Source: Lama glama (Eukaryota). From it: a stretch of 64,000 nt of DNA. Every line of letters starts with the position of its first letter. The first letter of the stretch is position 1. Of the stretch, positions 12,646 to 24,727 are shown piece after piece. The notes under the pieces were generated by a model that was given only the letters and a program-made list of their open reading frames with translations, was not told where the DNA came from and ran no database searches. Both the position numbers and the translations under genes were made by a program. The stretch covers positions 29,762,001 through 29,826,000 of the forward strand of contig CM052818.1 in NCBI GenBank assembly GCA_028534125.1, given 5' to 3'.

Positions 12646-14164
12646 TTTTCAAAAATTCTGGCCAGCAAGTCTGCTTTATCCTGCACCTTCCTGCTGCTGC
12701 CTCTTTAGTTTTACACAAGCTGCCTCCAGTCTCCCCTCACATCCTGAGTCTGAAATTCTGGGTCCATCTACAACCGTCCTCACAGCATCAGAGCTCTCGA
12801 GGCTGGTTCCTTGGCTGGGCCCACCTGGCTGTGCTGAATCCCCGAGTCCCCAGCAACAGTCTCAACCTGGGGGACTCTGCACAGACACTGCTGTCTGGAA
12901 CACTCGTGTTGATGGATTCTAACAAAAACAAATTCTGACCACGGCACCAGGCACTGGGGGCGGCAGGAAGCACAGGGGCTGTGGGGGCCACTTGGTGAGG
13001 GGTCAGCTCCCACCTACCAACAGGCCCTGGGGGCGCTGAGCCCATCCATTTGAGAACCTCCGAAGTCCTGATGTCACCTCTCGTGTCCACAGCAATGCAG
13101 GTTACAGTTCCCCAAGTTTCCATCCAGCTCACCCCTCAGACAGGCCATCCCTTCAGGACACAGAAAGGAACTGACATCTGACACCTTCTGTGGAAATTCC
13201 AGGTTGTGGTCAGAGAGGATGAGAGACACTGAGAAGAATCATCCCAGATGCCTGAACACCAGACACTAAAAGAAAAGTCTGTCTTAAAAAGGTCTTTCAC
13301 TGTGACTTTTCCATGACGTGACCAGCCTTTCACTCAGTTGCTTTTCCCAGCAGATACCAGGCAGGTTTTGACAAAACCAGAGGTGTGGGGAGCAACATCC
13401 TGGGAATGAGGACTTTCCCTTTTTCCTCAGACACACTCCTCCGGCAGCATCTGTGGTGCGGGGTGAGGCTGCTGCTACTTTCACTAGTTTAGAACTAGCT
13501 CCCTCTCTACTGGGGATTTTCCACGGTGACATAAATCTCCAGGCCTCATACTAACAAAGTATGCTCACTGCTACCTCAATTAGAATAAGTGAACTCTCCG
13601 GAAATTCCCATAGCCTTGGCCAAGACCTTAATGGGGTGGGTTTTTTAAAGTTCCAGATTCCCTTCTTTCAATGCCAGCCAAGGGCAGGTTTCCCTGGCAC
13701 AACACTACATCCCTCTCAAAATATAATGCCCCTGGATTGGAGCCCCTGTGAGCCTGCCTATGTAGGCCCCGAACTAGCAGGAGAAGATTCAAGGTACAGA
13801 AACAAGCAGAGCAGAAAGGTCATTTGTTAAGAGATGCCTGCCAGGGTTGGGGAAACTTCCTGTTATCAGACATCAGAGAGGAGTCAGGTCTGGCCCCTCA
13901 GCCCTTGTGATCAGGACACTGACTCAGAACCAGAAATCTGACCGCTAGGCAGTGCCTGTCAGAGCAGGAAGCTTACAGCTGGGGCTCAAACTTGGACTCT
14001 GTGTCAGGTCTGGCGCTCCGAGCTGTGTGACCTCGCTGAGCCATTGTTTCTTTAAAATGGGGATAATGCCCCTGCCCTACCTATTCTCGTGGGATTATTA
14101 TGAGAGGCAGGTAACATCTTTAAAAGTGATTTGAAAAGTCTGAAATGTTATTCTATGCATTAAA

Positions 14165-14360
14165 AGCTGGGCTTTGCTGTATACCAGGGGAAAAAAAATC
14201 TGGGCTTATTGTGAAGATTAAATTAAATGAAAACACACACACACAGGTGTTTAATAACTGGCTTCCTAGAAAGGCATATTCCAGTGATTTTTTTTTATCA
14301 CTTGCCAATGTCTGTGGTGTAAATTAATCCTTCCACGGCTGATTTCAAAGTCCCAGCACA
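14165..14360. mobile_element. MER63-like hAT relic
   Basis: ctgtggtgtaaattaatccttccacggctgatttcaaag. Confidence 0.45.
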
Positions 14361-17300
14361 TCCCTGAATGTCAGGTTGAGAAGAAGTATGCATAATTGAC
14401 TCTCATGAGCTGGGATGAGCACAGGCAAGCACCCCACTGTTTACTTCTTTCATCCCCTCTTACAGGAAGCCCTTTGCGCAGGGCCTGAAGAACAGGGGCG
14501 CGGACCTCCTCTCCTCCTGCTCACTATTCATTCACTAGGTGAGGAAATGGCAGCCCCACCCCACCTGTTGAATCAGAATCGCTGGACGGCGAGTGCGCTA
14601 AAGCTCCGGGGTGATTCTGACACACAGCCCCATTTGGGAACTGTGGCACCTGAGCAGCAGCTCCTCGGGGGCAGGGACCACGTCCTCCTCGTGTCTGTAT
14701 CCCCACTTCTAGAACAGGGCCTGACCCACGGGATGCTTCCCTGAATGACTCATTATCAGCAGCTCACCTGATCCAGAAAGGGGTCAGACCTGCACAGATG
14801 TGAGATGAGAGGACCCCTGCCTGCGGCCATTTGCACCTCTGGGTCCCTCACTCCCCCTTGTGTCGTCCCTGCTGACCTGTGTTTCTTTAAGCGCCGCCCA
14901 CGAGCCCCAAAACCGCCACCCACCCTGGTTCTGCTGATTGCTCTCTGGGTCCTGTGGGACCTGAACCCACTCACACCACTTGTCTGAGTTATCCCTTGCA
15001 GACTCTCGGGTCCCAGGGCCCCCTCCTTCTCCCGGTACCAGGGAGTGGAGGCTGTGAGTGCATGCGTGTGTCCCCGCTGCTTCCGCCCCTGCCCTCCTCG
15101 TCCCGCAGCCCCGTCCCTAGGACAGCGTCCACCCAGAACAGGACCTCAGTAAACAGTCTCTGAATCAAGAGAAGCAAGTCACGGGGACGGAACTACAGGA
15201 AGGGAGGAGAGGAAGGCACTCCAGGCGAATTAATTACTGGAGGAAAGACCTGAAGTGATTGGTGCTTCCTTGGCCTGAGCACAACAGCAAAGGAAAACTG
15301 AGTTTTAAGCCAAAAATGTTCACATAGCCATCCATCACTGAAGATGCGCCCCGCCCATTTTTATGTTCTCTCTCAGTCCTGCATGCCAACATAAACTACT
15401 ATCTCTTTTGGCTTTCTCAAGGTAACCTGGAGAAAGATGAGATGGTGGAGTTCTCCAAGAATGGAACAAAAATGTCCAAGTCACCTGTTTAAGGTACAAA
15501 TACAATGGCTAAATTTTCTAAACCCCAATAGAATAGGTAACATTTGCACTGACCGAGAGAAGGAAACAGAGTCCCTGTAGAAAAATCCAGGCTTGAAAGC
15601 TACAATAAATGGTCCTGATGGCTGGATTCCTGAGCCAAAAATTAAATGTTCTTCTTCCACACTCAGGACAAGTGTGACTTCCCTGATTTAAAGAAAACGA
15701 GAGAATTAGCATTTTTTGAGCACCTAACAGAGCCTTTATGCAGACACTGTGCTCAGCACGTAAGTACTAATCTGCATACAGCCCTGTGAAGCCTTCTTTT
15801 TGCCTCATTCTGGAGATGAGGGAAACACACACAGAGACTTAGGAAATATGCCCATGGACACACAGTAAATGAGCAGTAGAGTCAAAACTACCAGCAGGTC
15901 TCCCCGGCTGCAGCATGGACACGGATTCCAAATCCAGCTCCCGCTGTCCCTTTACCCTAGGTCCTCCAAAATGAATTCCAGGGGAGTCATCACGGCTGCG
16001 AAAGGAGGCAAGCCCCGCTCCTTCTCCTTCCTCCCTCCCTTCGTGGAAGCAAAGCACGAAGAGACAGAAAAGGAGGAGCAGTATTTAAGGCAGGGAGGAG
16101 GGGCCAGGGACCAGACAGAAATTCTTAAGCTCACAGCTATTAGGTCTTTAGGTCTCTGGGCTCAAGACACCCAGAGGAATGATGTTACCTCTTTAAAAAG
16201 AAAAGAAAAGAAAAGAAAAAAAGATTAGAGGCAAGAAATGTTTAAATTAAAATGGAAGGTACCTTTACTGGCAACTCATCCTGCAGAACTTGGAGTCTCT
16301 CAGTTGCCGTTAATCAGTCCCTCACCTGACACCTATTATGAGCCTCACCTGACCTCCTCCTTCCTCCCCTCCCAGCCCCCACCAAGGTCTTGGACGGAAG
16401 GGAGTGTTCGTCTTAGAACCCTTAGGACCTAGCAGAGTTGTTGACAGAGAATGAGGGTAAAAAAAGAAAAAATGTGTTGAGTTGAACTTTTTTTCCCCAC
16501 CTTTATTCCCAGAGTAGCCTTTTTAAGGACAGGAACAGTTTATTATCGAGTTTTGTACCCTAAGCACCTAGGATAGTGCCTGACACACAGGAAACGTTTA
16601 TTAAACATCCATTAAGCAGGACTGACTCCAGCAAAGGTTGCTGAAAAGGTGAGTCTCCAAGGTCTGAAATATGTAAAGACAGTCTCTGTGACTTTGAGCA
16701 GAAAGTCCCATGAGGACAAGGGTCAGATCAAACTCGTTATCAAACACGGCCTGAAACACAGCTTCGGCTTCGCTCCTAACAGCAGGATTTGTGCATTTTT
16801 AGGAACTGCATATCCATTCAGAGCACCAGGAACTGAAACCACCCTGGAATCATCTGTGACTAAACCAGGGGCATGAATATAGATTGTGTAGCCTGATAAA
16901 CTCACAGCCTGACCAAGAAAAGACTCAAACATGCCGCATCCCCTCTGAGACGAGCCCCAGAGGGACAGAGACCCTGTGGACATGTGACTGGGCTCCTTCC
17001 AAACTTGCCCTAATCCCCACAGTACAGAAAGCTAGAGCCAGAGGCCGGGGCACCATTTCTTCACTCAGCACTTCTTAGAAACTGGTCATCTAACGTCCAC
17101 GGGGGCCCTTCCTGAAGGGACAGCGCACACCCTGTCTCCCAAACTTCTTTGGCCATAGAGCACTTCTCGAGTAGAACTTTGTCACCACTCTCCACGTCGG
17201 TGCATTCATTACATTCAGTTCCACTCACACCAGGTAGCCACTTCCTCACTGTGTCCAAGGTGGTGTTCTGGGTGCCAGAAGGGCTACACAAAAAACGGTG

Positions 17301-17735
17301 AGCCACTTCTGCCCTTGCAGAGCTGTTGGTCTCACAGAATCAGAGAAGAGGCAGGAATCAATCCATGAGGAAGGTCAGCACATGACAGGTTCCCTAAGCA
17401 AGGTGGAAGGGAGTTGGGGAGAAAGAGCACCTGGCTTAGGGGTAGACGTGGGGTCCTGGAGATGTCATGGAAGAGGTAGGCTTTGCACGGGCAGACATGA
17501 AATGGTGGGGGGAGCTGTGAAGGGCAGCCCGGGAGAAGACAGACATGGGGAGGGACAGGCCACAGGACGGCGGGGAGGGCAGGGAGTGGTGTGATGGGAG
17601 AAAGCCTGCGAAGGTGATTTGGGGTCACATTATGAATGCCACAGGAAGAGTTTGTATTTCATGGAGAACTCTGGAAGGTCGTTAAGCAGAGGGAGATGAC
17701 GTAACTAGGGCCTCATTTTAGACCAGAGAGGTTTC

Positions 17736-18223
17736 TTCTTCTTTTTTTAATTGAAGTCTAGTTGATTAACAATGTGTGTTAGTTTCTGGTGAACAGAATA
17801 GTGATTCAATTACACACACACACACACACACACACATATATTTTCATATTTTTCATTACAAGCTATTACAAGGTACTGAATATAGTTCTCTGTGTGACAC
17901 AGTAGGACCTTGTTTGTTTTATATATAGTAGTGTGTATGTGCAAATCCTGAACTAATTTATCCTTCCCCCTGCCTTTCCCTTTTGATAACCATAAATTTG
18001 TTTTCTATGTCTGTGAGCCTAGTTCTGGTTTGTAAACAAGATTTGTATATCTTTTTAGATTCCACATATAAGTGGTCTCATATATTTGTCTTTCTCTGTC
18101 TGATTACTTCCCTTAGTATGATAATCTCTAGGTCTATCCATGTTGCTGCAAATGGCATTCTTTTTCATGGCTGGGTAATATTTCATTGTGTGTGTATACA
18201 AACACACACACACACACACAACT
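17736..18223 (-). mobile_element. 5'-truncated L1 3' end containing two (CA)n tracts
   Basis: tttttttaattgaagtctagttgatt...tttagattccacatataagtg...tccatgttgctgcaaatggc; degenerate TSD cagagaggtttc (17724-17735) / catagaggcttc (18224-18235). Confidence 0.85.
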
Positions 18224-18463
18224 CATAGAGGCTTCCTAATGCTTGTCCTTAGACCATCTGTTAGTTCACAAATAACTCTCTAAGGAGATGATGATTCCAA
18301 CACAATATGATATACAGTGAAAACGTACTGAGTTTAATTTGTACGTTAGTCTACTATCTTAGAAATAACAGTGGAAAAGTTCTCCAAAGAAGATCTATTT
18401 TGTAATTATTAGTGAATATTAAGGGTTTATGTTATGGAATGAAAGGTGACAGCTGAAATCTAC

Positions 18464-19015
18464 TGCATTAGTTTGTCTACTGCTGTTTAACAGATGGCTG
18501 GATAAACTTAGCAACTTAAAGCACACATTTATTATCTCACAATTTTTTGAGACAGGAGTCAAGGGACAGCTAAGCCAGGTCCTATCTTTCAGGGTCTCTC
18601 ACCAAACTGAAATCAAAGCATTGGCCAGGGCTGGGATCTCATCTGAGGCTCAGCTGAGTGTCTGTGGGCAGAATTCAGCTTCTTCAGGGTTATTGGGCTG
18701 AAGGGCTGCCTCAGATTCTTGCTTCCATCAGGGCTTGGCTGGCTGACTGTTCAAGGCCACCCTCAGTTCATGACCACCTGGCCCTCTCCAGCATAGTGGC
18801 CTGTTTTATCAAAGCCAGCAAGGGAGAGAGTCTGCCTGTAAGACAGAAGTCACTACCTTATGTAACCTGATCTGGGAAGTGACATCCCTTCAATATTGCC
18901 AATATTTTATTGGTTAGAAACAAATTAACCAAGGGAAGAGAATCACACAGGGCCATAAATACCAGAAGGCAGAGATCACTGGGGCCACCTCAGAAGCTGG
19001 CTCACTAACTTCCCA
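18464..19015 (-). mobile_element. MaLR MLT1 solo LTR (MLT1D-F-like)
   Basis: tgcattagtttgtctactgctg...aacttagcaacttaaagcacacatttattatctcaca...gggcagaattcagcttctt. Confidence 0.8.
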
Positions 19016-20499
19016 GCACAGAGTAAATTCATAATGTTTCAATAATTATATTTCAAGTGAAACTACAGAACCTGGGATCAGTGCAGGAGGCAGTCTGTTT
19101 TGGTGGAACACTGCAGGCAAGAATAACCCAGTGTTAATCACTGCTCCCTTTGCAAATCGGGACCCTATTGTAAGAGCAGTCTTGGAGCAGGAAGAGTGGT
19201 CCCTCTTACCTCCGTGGATGCCTCTCCCCTGTCCGCCATGACTATTTACAGGAGCAAGCTCAGCCAGGACTTTCATTCAAGTCCTCAGACTCGCACAGGC
19301 GCTGGGAAAGGAAAGACTCTCTTTTGTTCTGTGCAGATGAAATAAGATACTCTTCATTCTGTCTGATCTGATTCATACCCCTTCCTAGGATTGCCTCTTT
19401 CACATAAAGAATGTACCAGCTACATTCCTGAAGATGAGAAACCAAATGCTGTCAGGGCTGATTTGTGATTCTTGTGATTCTCAGAGGAAGAAAGCAAAGA
19501 CGGAGGGTTTTATCTAAATGCATGTAACAGTTAGAGAAAGACACTAGGATTGGCCGGGTTGGGAGGCAGCTAATAAAATACAGTGTCTTTGATCTGTAGG
19601 TCACCAGTTTGTTTAGGGTTGCCCTGAGAAATTCCCCTGAAATATGTGTTTTTGGAATTCTTCCAGGAAAGCTAAAACCTTAGGGTTATCTTTTTCTTTT
19701 TTTCTTGTAGTGCGCTGGGTTTTGATTTATCATTCCCTGTGAAGTTACGGGTGAGATTTCACCTTTACTTGTTCACAAACCATCCAGGCACAAAAAAGTG
19801 CTCTCCCTTAAAGTGGTGGTGTGGGCAGCCTCAGGATTCCTATTACAACTTAAAGGGAAATCACCCAGCCAGAGCTGTCGAGTGGAGGGGCCCAAGGCCT
19901 TGCTATTTCAACTTGGCCATCAGGCATCAACAGGGACTTTTTCCATCAGACTATGGAGCCCAGAGGAAGTGCCACAGGATATTAAACATGTCAACACCAT
20001 GCTTTTCAAGAAGAAATGTGAGAAGCTGGCTTTGGTCACCAAGATGGCCACATTCTCTCAGCGAGTCAAAGCTGGCCGGATTCCCTTAGGTTGGTACCCC
20101 ATTATTTATCCAGACAGAAACATGGAAAGCACAGGATGTAAACTATGTTAAACAAAAGAAATAGAGAATTTAAAGTATACTATCAAATTATCCACATTTT
20201 GGTCTTAGGGTAAAACCACTTTAGAGTTGTAAAAAGCCATATTTTGTTTAAGGTATTTGATAGGAGTGGGTGGCTGGATGGAGACCAACCTCATAAAGTT
20301 AATGAGGTCAAATTTGGGTTTGTGATGTCAAATTTCACCTCAAAAAGAGGTATGCTTTCTCTAAAGTCAATTTTATGATTTTCAAGGAAAAGGAGTCAGA
20401 ACTTTTCCAACAGAAGGAAAGGCCAAAAAGGTAGAAAAAGTGCAAAGATCTGGAGGGGAATACACACTCAGATCTACGTTAAGCACAACTGGACTATTT

Positions 20500-22340
20500 C
20501 TAATATTTTAAAGCTTTTTACTACAAACTATAACACACATTCAGAAAAATGAACAAAGCCAAAATGTATAACTCATTGATTTGGCAAAAAAACCATGTTA
20601 ACCAGGACCCAGGTGAATTAATGATATTGCCAACTGCCCAGAAGCCCTTCATACATGCTCCCAGCCATCACCCTGGTGCACCCACAAGAGTAACCACTGT
20701 CTGGAGTTTTGCGGGAATCACTTCCTTGCATTCGTTTACAGTTCTAACACCTATGCATGCATCACTAAGGATCATAATTTCAGCTTCTTTTTGAGCTTGA
20801 TATTATATACATGGAAACATGCAGCATGCATTTTTTTCTTCATGTCTGGCTTCCTTCGCTCACCATAATGTTTGAGAGGTTCACTCATATTGCTGTGGTG
20901 CAGCTATAGTAAATTCATTTTCACTGATGCATACTATTCCATTGCATAACTATCCCACCAATTATGTATCCATTTTACTGTTGGTAGATATTTGGGTTGA
21001 TTCCATTTGAAGACTATAATGGATAATGCTGCCAGAAACATTCCTGAATGAGTGTATGTGTGAATGCATTTGTACTGTGCATACGTGTTCACCTAGGAGT
21101 AAAATTATTGGGTCACAGGGTATGCATATCTTCAGTCAGTAGATATTGCTCAACTGTTTTCCAGAGTGTTTGTATCAATTTATACTCTTATCAGCAATGT
21201 GTAAGAGTTGTTGTTTCTCCATATCATCACCAACACTTGGTATGCACGGTCATTTCAATATTAGTCATTCTGTTGCATATGTGGTCATTTCATTGTGACT
21301 GTAATTTGTATTTGATTACTGAGTCTCTAATGACTGAGTCAGAGAATGTTTCTGCTGTTTTATTGGCCATTTGGTTATCCTCTTTTGTGAGATGCCCAGT
21401 TTTTTTGGTTGAGTTGGTTGTTTTCCTCACTGATTTATAGTTTTTATTCATTTATTTTTAATATTCTGAATATGCATCCTTTTTCAGTTATATTACAAAT
21501 ATCTACTCCTTTTTAGCTTCGATTCCTCTTGTCATGTCTTTTGATGAACAGAAGCTCCTAATTTTAATGTAGTTCAGTATTTTTTAAAGTGTGCTTTTTG
21601 TTTCTCATTTTAAAAAAATCTTTACTTCCCTCAGTGTCATGAAAATATTCTCTTATATTATCTTTTAGAAGCATTATTGTTTCATATTTAGGTCTAATCA
21701 CTTACAGTTGATTTTTGATGTATGGTGTGAAGTCAGGGATCAAGATTCATTTTTCTATACAGATATCTAAATACTTGGTATCATTTATTAAAAAGATTAT
21801 TTTTCTCCACTGTTTTGCAGTGCCACCTTTGTCATAAATCATGTGTCTGTATATGTGTATTTCTGGACTCTATATTCTATTTCATTGTTCTATTTGTCCT
21901 TGCATCAATATTATACTGTCTTAATTATTGTTGTTTTATAATAAGTCAATATCTGGTAGCATAAGTCTTCAACTTTGTTTTTCAAGATTGTTTAGCATTC
22001 TCAACACTTGAATTTCTATATATACTTTAAAATTACAATTTTAATTTCTACAAAAAAATCTAATGGAATCTTGATTAAGACCACTTTGGACTCCAGATCT
22101 GTTTGGGGAGAAACAACACCTTCAGTATATTGAGTTTTCCAACTGATGAACATAGTATTTCCTACCATTTATTTAGTTAGGACTTTTAAAATTTCTCTGA
22201 AAATGTTTTAGTTTTCTATTGAGATATTTGCCATCTTTAAAAAGATTAATTCCTAAGTATTTGAAATTTATGCTATTATAAATGGTATCATTTTCCTTTT
22301 TAAAATCCCTGAAGGGTGTGTATGTATAAATTGAGATGTT
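20500..22340 (-). mobile_element. Old L1M (MC-ME-type) 3' region and ORF2 remnant
   Basis: Antisense L1 motifs: tccattttactgttggtagatatttggg, tcttttgatgaacagaagctcctaattttaatgtagt, atttattaaaaagattattttctcc. Confidence 0.85.
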
Positions 22341-22617
22341 GATTTTAAAATCTATATGGAAATTCTAATTTTGAGAATAATTTTCATCAGTTCTGAAGAG
22401 TTTTCAGCTGTAAGCTCTTCAAATGCCTCTTTCTTATTCTCTTTTAATATCCTTCTGAAATTCTGATTTGAAACATCCTTCTGGAAATCTGTCCTCCATG
22501 TGTTCTAGATTTGCTTTTATTTTTCTCCTTTTTGATATGAATGGGCTGCATTATCTCCAGGGCTATCCTTTTCTTCACTCATTCTCTCTTCAGCTCTGTC
22601 TAATCTGCTGTTTAACC

Positions 22618-22827
22618 CAGTGGTTCTCAAAAGAGGGTGATATTATCCTTCAGGAGACACTTGGCAATGTGTGGAAACATTTTTGGTTGTCACAACTGGG
22701 AGAGGCATGCTACTGGCATCTAGAGGACAGAGGCCAAAGACGCTGGTCAGCATCCTACAATGCAGACAGCCCCCTACAACAAAGAATTATTCAGCCTAAA
22801 TGTCAAAAGTGTCAGGCTGAGAAACTG
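22618..22827. mobile_element. MER20 hAT-Charlie element, full length
   Basis: CAGTGGTTCTCAA...GAGAAACTG termini, internal tttttggttgtcacaactgg; perfect 8-bp TSD gtttaacc at 22610-22617 and 22828-22835. Confidence 0.9.
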
Positions 22828-23094
22828 GTTTAACCTATCTACTATTATTAATTTCAATTATTGTATTTTTCATTTCCCAAAATTTAATTACAGTTCTTCA
22901 AATCTTTCTAAAACTTTCTGATTGTCTTTTTTTCTAAGTTCAAAGTTGATTTCCTCTTTTATTTCCTTAAACATTAAAAAATGTACTTTTTCTATATTCT
23001 GTAATTCCAACATCTGTGGTTTTTGTCAATCTTATTCTGCTGTTGTTTCAACTGATTCTTATCCATGGTGCTGTATCTATTGGTGTATCTCTGA

Positions 23095-23944
23095 TTTTTT
23101 TCTTTCAGTTTTACTGAAATGTAATTGACATACAGCACTGTATAAATTTAAGGTGTAGAGCATAATGATTTGACTTACATATATCATGAAATGCTTATCA
23201 CAGTAAGTTTAGTGAGCGTCCATCATCTCATATAGGCACAAAATTTTAAAAATAGAAAAAATTTTTCCTTGTGATGAGAACTCTTAGGATTTGCTATCTT
23301 AACAACTTCCATATGTAACACACAGCAGTGTTCATTACATTTATCATGTTGTACATTACATCCCTAGTACTGATTTACCTTATAGTTGAAGTTTATACCT
23401 TTTGACTACCTCATCCCCTTCTCTCTCCCCCACCACCTGCCACTGGTAACCACAATTCTGCTCTCTTTTTCTATGAGTTTGTTTGTTTTTGAAGTATAAT
23501 TGATCACAACACTATGTTAGTTCCTGTTACACAACATAGTGGTTCAATATTTCTATACATTTCAAAATGATCACCATGATAAGTCTAGTTACAATATGTC
23601 ACCAAAGATATTACATCATTATTGACTATATTCCCCACACTGTATATTTCATACACATGATTCATTTATTTTGCAGCTCTAAGTTTGAACATCTTAATCT
23701 CCCCCATTTATCTTTCCTCTCCCCACACTCCTCCCTTCTGGGAACCACCTGTTTGTTCCCTGTATCTCTAACTCTGTTTCTGTTTTTTTATGCTTATTTG
23801 TTTTGTTTTCAGATTCCACACACAAGTGAAATCATACAGTATTTGTCTTTCACTTACTTCACTTAGCATATACCTTCTAGGTCCATCCATGTTGTTGCAA
23901 GGCAAGATTCTTTCTTTTTTTTTAGCGGCTCTGTCATATTCCTT
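23095..23944 (-). mobile_element. L1 3' end with long 3'UTR (L1MA-type)
   Basis: ttttactgaaatgtaattgacatacagcactgtataa...cagattccacacacaagtgaaatcatacagtatttg...tccatccatgttgttgcaa. Confidence 0.85.
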
Positions 23945-23990
23945 TGTATGTATGTATGTATGTATGTATGTATGTATGTATGTATGTATA
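23945..23990. repeat. (TATG)n tetranucleotide microsatellite, ~10-11 units
   Basis: Direct reading. Confidence 0.95.
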
Positions 23991-24025
23991 TGTGTGCATA
24001 TCTATATATCTATAGCTATATATAT

Positions 24026-24727
24026 CTCACACCAGTCAGAATGACTATCATTGAAGAACACAAATAACAAATGTTGGCGAGGATGTGGAGAAAAGGGAAC
24101 CCTTGTACACTGCTGGTGGGAATGTAAATTGGTGCAGCTACTGTGGAAAACAGTATGGAAGTTTTTCAAAAAACTAAAAATAGAACTACCATATGACCCA
24201 TCAGTTCCACTCCTGGGTATATATCCAGAAAAAAGCCCACTAATTAAAAAAGATACATACACCCCCAATGTTCATTGAAGCATTGTTTATAATTGCCAAG
24301 GTATGGAAGCAACCTAAGTGTCCATCAACAGATGAATGGATAAAGAAAATGTGGTACCTATATATACAATGGAATGTGACTCAGCCATAAAAAAGGATAA
24401 AGTTTTGCCATTTGCAGCAACATGGATGGACTTGGAGGGCATTATGCTAAGTGAAATAAGTCAGACAGAGAAAGACAAAAACTGTATGATATCCACTTAT
24501 ATGTGGAATCTAAGAAATACAACAAACTAATGAACAAAACAAAAAAGAAGCAGACTCACAGATGTAGTGAACAAACTAGTGGTTACCAGTAGGGAGCGGG
24601 AAGTGGAGAGAGGCAATATATGGATGGGAAAATGGGTTATTATGGGACTGTGTAAAATCATGTGTGTGAAACTTTTGAAAATTATAAACCACTATAGAAT
24701 TTAAACAATCTTTCATTCAATAAAAAA
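24026..24727 (+). mobile_element. L1 3' end (ORF2 C-terminus + 3'UTR + A tail)
   Basis: ORFs 24051..24278 and 24336..24530 give the L1 ORF2 Cys-rich region ([39 protein letters not shown]); ends caataaaaaa. Confidence 0.92.
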
